NCBI GenBank assembly: GCA_964220215.1
Contig: CAXPTH010000024.1
Span: 1-17,608, forward strand
DNA: 17,608 nt
From: Alteromonas sp.
Lineage (GTDB): Bacteria > Margulisbacteria > Marinamargulisbacteria > UBA6595
Direction: 5' to 3'
Shown here: piece after piece, positions 16,315-17,608 of the stretch
How positions within the stretch are numbered: the stretch's first letter is position 1
Layout: every line of letters begins with the position of its first letter
Notes under the pieces: model-generated
Told to the model about the DNA's origin: nothing
Database searches by the model: none
Seen by the model: only the letters and a program-made list of their open reading frames with translations
Made by a program: the position numbers and the translations under genes

Positions 16315-17607
16315 CTAAGTGGCGTCTGTTGACCTGCCATATTGCTGCGGCTGCATTTGAGGTGGTGCTTCTAGTGGTAGCGGTGGAGCTCCTCCCGCGA
16401 CTAATAATGCGTTTATATTGCTACCAAGTGTTGTTAAGTTGATTGTATAGTCAACATCATCCAGGACTCCCGACGGCAACTCGGCAATCGAATCCCTAAT
16501 ATTAGGTAATAAATTAATATTATAAAGATTTATATTTTTCTTAAGCTCGGTTTCAGTATCTTTAGCAGATTTGAGTTGGTTTTTTACAGATTCTTTTTTT
16601 TGACCAGCCGTTTCAGCTAATCTGTTAGCCTCTGCAGCTGATGTCTTAGCCCTTTCAGCTAATCTTTTAGCCTTTTCAGCTAATCCTTTAGCAGTTTCAG
16701 CTAATCCTTTAGCCTCTTCAGCTGATGTCTTAGCCCTTTCAGCTAATCCTTCAGCCTCTTCAGTAGCCTTTTCAGCTGATGTCTTAGCCTTTTCAGCTAA
16801 TGTCTTAGCCTCTTCAGCTAATGTCTTAGCCTCTTCAGCATTTGTTTTAAGCACACCAATCTCAATTTCATAATTACTAATAGATTTAATTATCTCTTCT
16901 TCCTCCTGCAATTTTTCTTTAAGAACATCAATACTTTCTTTGTTGTCTTTTGTCTTTTTGTTCAGTAACTTTTTATTTATACGGATAAAAAATTCGCGAC
17001 TCTTAGTCAGCAAATTTATTTTGTTAATAAGACTAATTGACTTAAACTCATTAATAGAGGCAATATCTTTTTCAATCATTGAACAATTCTGTCTAATATT
17101 TTCACAATTCTCTTTAATATTTTCATAATCCGCTTCAATTCCCCTAAATATTTCTTGGATTTCTTCATCATTGTCATCTGGGCGAACCTGGTTCCTATTA
17201 ACTGAATTAAAAATCATAGCAAAAAAACCCCCTACTGTACCACTAATACTACCAAAAGTAGCACCCAAACCTGCGCTGGCTCCTGGTGTAGCCGGCGCAA
17301 TCGCAGCAGACAAGCCAGCACCAGCAGCAGTACCAGCAGCAGCACCAACAGCAGCACCAGCAGCAGCAGCAGCAGCAGCACCAGCAGCAGCAGCAACAGA
17401 ATCAGTATAACGTCTTCCTCTTGGAGGAGTCACAAACCTATAAAATGCCGTAGTTGTGCAAAGACCAATTACACTACCAAGAAAACTAGCACCTAAACCA
17501 GTTACAGCGGTTCGTAGTTGCCTTACATCGGCTTGTAGTTGCTCCATAGCTTCGTTAGTTGAACCTGGATTTGAACCTGAACCTGAAGGTGTAGTTGGAT
17601 TTGGAGT
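16315..17607 (-). CDS. Orphan low-complexity protein, 5' end outside window: Pro/Ser/Gly linker, hydrophobic Ala/Gly segments, long coiled coil, Pro/Gln-rich tail
   Basis: Track ORF 16315..17547 stays open upstream to the window edge (TPNPTTPSGSGSNPGSTNEA before the Met); more than 400 codons without a stop in visibly AT-rich DNA. Confidence 0.75.
   Translation of the reverse strand, partial: TPNPTTPSGSGSNPGSTNEAMEQLQADVRQLRTAVTGLGASFLGSVIGLCTTTAFYRFVTPPRGRRYTDSVAAAAGAAAAAAAGAAVGAAAGTAAGAGLSAAIAPATPGASAGLGATFGSISGTVGGFFAMIFNSVNRNQVRPDDNDEEIQEIFRGIEADYENIKENCENIRQNCSMIEKDIASINEFKSISLINKINLLTKSREFFIRINKKLLNKKTKDNKESIDVLKEKLQEEEEIIKSISNYEIEIGVLKTNAEEAKTLAEEAKTLAEKAKTSAEKATEEAEGLAERAKTSAEEAKGLAETAKGLAEKAKRLAERAKTSAAEANRLAETAGQKKESVKNQLKSAKDTETELKKNINLYNINLLPNIRDSIAELPSGVLDDVDYTINLTTLGSNINALLVAGGAPPLPLEAPPQMQPQQYGRSTDAT
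16612..16839 (-). repeat. Degenerate 21-bp tandem repeat (about 11 units) encoding heptads AE(E/K/R/T)AK(T/G/R)(L/S)
   Basis: Plus-strand unit close to TTCAGCTAATGTCTTAGCCTC; protein AEEAKTL AEEAKTL AEKAKTS AEKATEEAEGL AERAKTS AEEAKGL AETAKGL AEKAKRL AERAKTS AAEANRL AETAG. Confidence 0.9.
17316..17395 (-). repeat. Interrupted CAG/GCT trinucleotide tract encoding poly-Ala with spaced Gly
   Basis: Plus strand has (CAG)7 at 17358-17378 inside a longer interrupted run; encodes AAAAGAAAAAAAGAAVGAAAGTAAGA. Confidence 0.85.
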
Positions 17608-17608
17608 T

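Noticed and set aside
16612..16839. Repeat array as a CRISPR locus
   Set aside because: Units are contiguous with no unique spacers, keep the reading frame, and no cas genes are present.
17171..17410. Plus-strand Ala/Pro-rich ORF of 79 aa
   Set aside because: It is the antisense reading of the GCT/GGT-rich tract of the longer minus-strand gene.
1..17608. Whole-genome UGA reassignment (code 25 or 4) as the explanation for the bcp TGA
   Set aside because: TGA ends dapD, hemerythrin and hemL at the expected family C-termini, two of them in ATGA overlaps, and long genes such as sucA contain no internal TGA.

Overview
Gene-dense bacterial chromosomal window, mostly core metabolism, read with the standard code (TGA acts as a stop in ATGA stop/start overlaps). 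In order: 3' end of tuf with a terminator; dapE and dapD; a bcp/PrxQ peroxiredoxin whose frame carries a TGA immediately before the peroxidatic Cys (missed as one gene by the ORF track); a minus-strand, translationally coupled hemerythrin-fur-small Cys-containing membrane protein operon; an exported hypothetical protein; tRNA-Thr(GGT); sucA-sucB-lpdA-heme A synthase; a minus-strand menB-SDR-TVP38/DedA-Ser/Thr kinase run; hemL (with an apparent gating-loop deletion) and hemF; and the 3' part of an AT-rich orphan gene that runs off the window end, with Ala/Gly-rich hydrophobic segments and 21-bp heptad repeats. No mobile element or CRISPR array is visible. The best leads are the TP-UGA-C peroxiredoxin, the hemerythrin-Fur module, the loop-less HemL and the repeat-containing orphan. 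All assignments come from motif recognition by eye; no searches were run.
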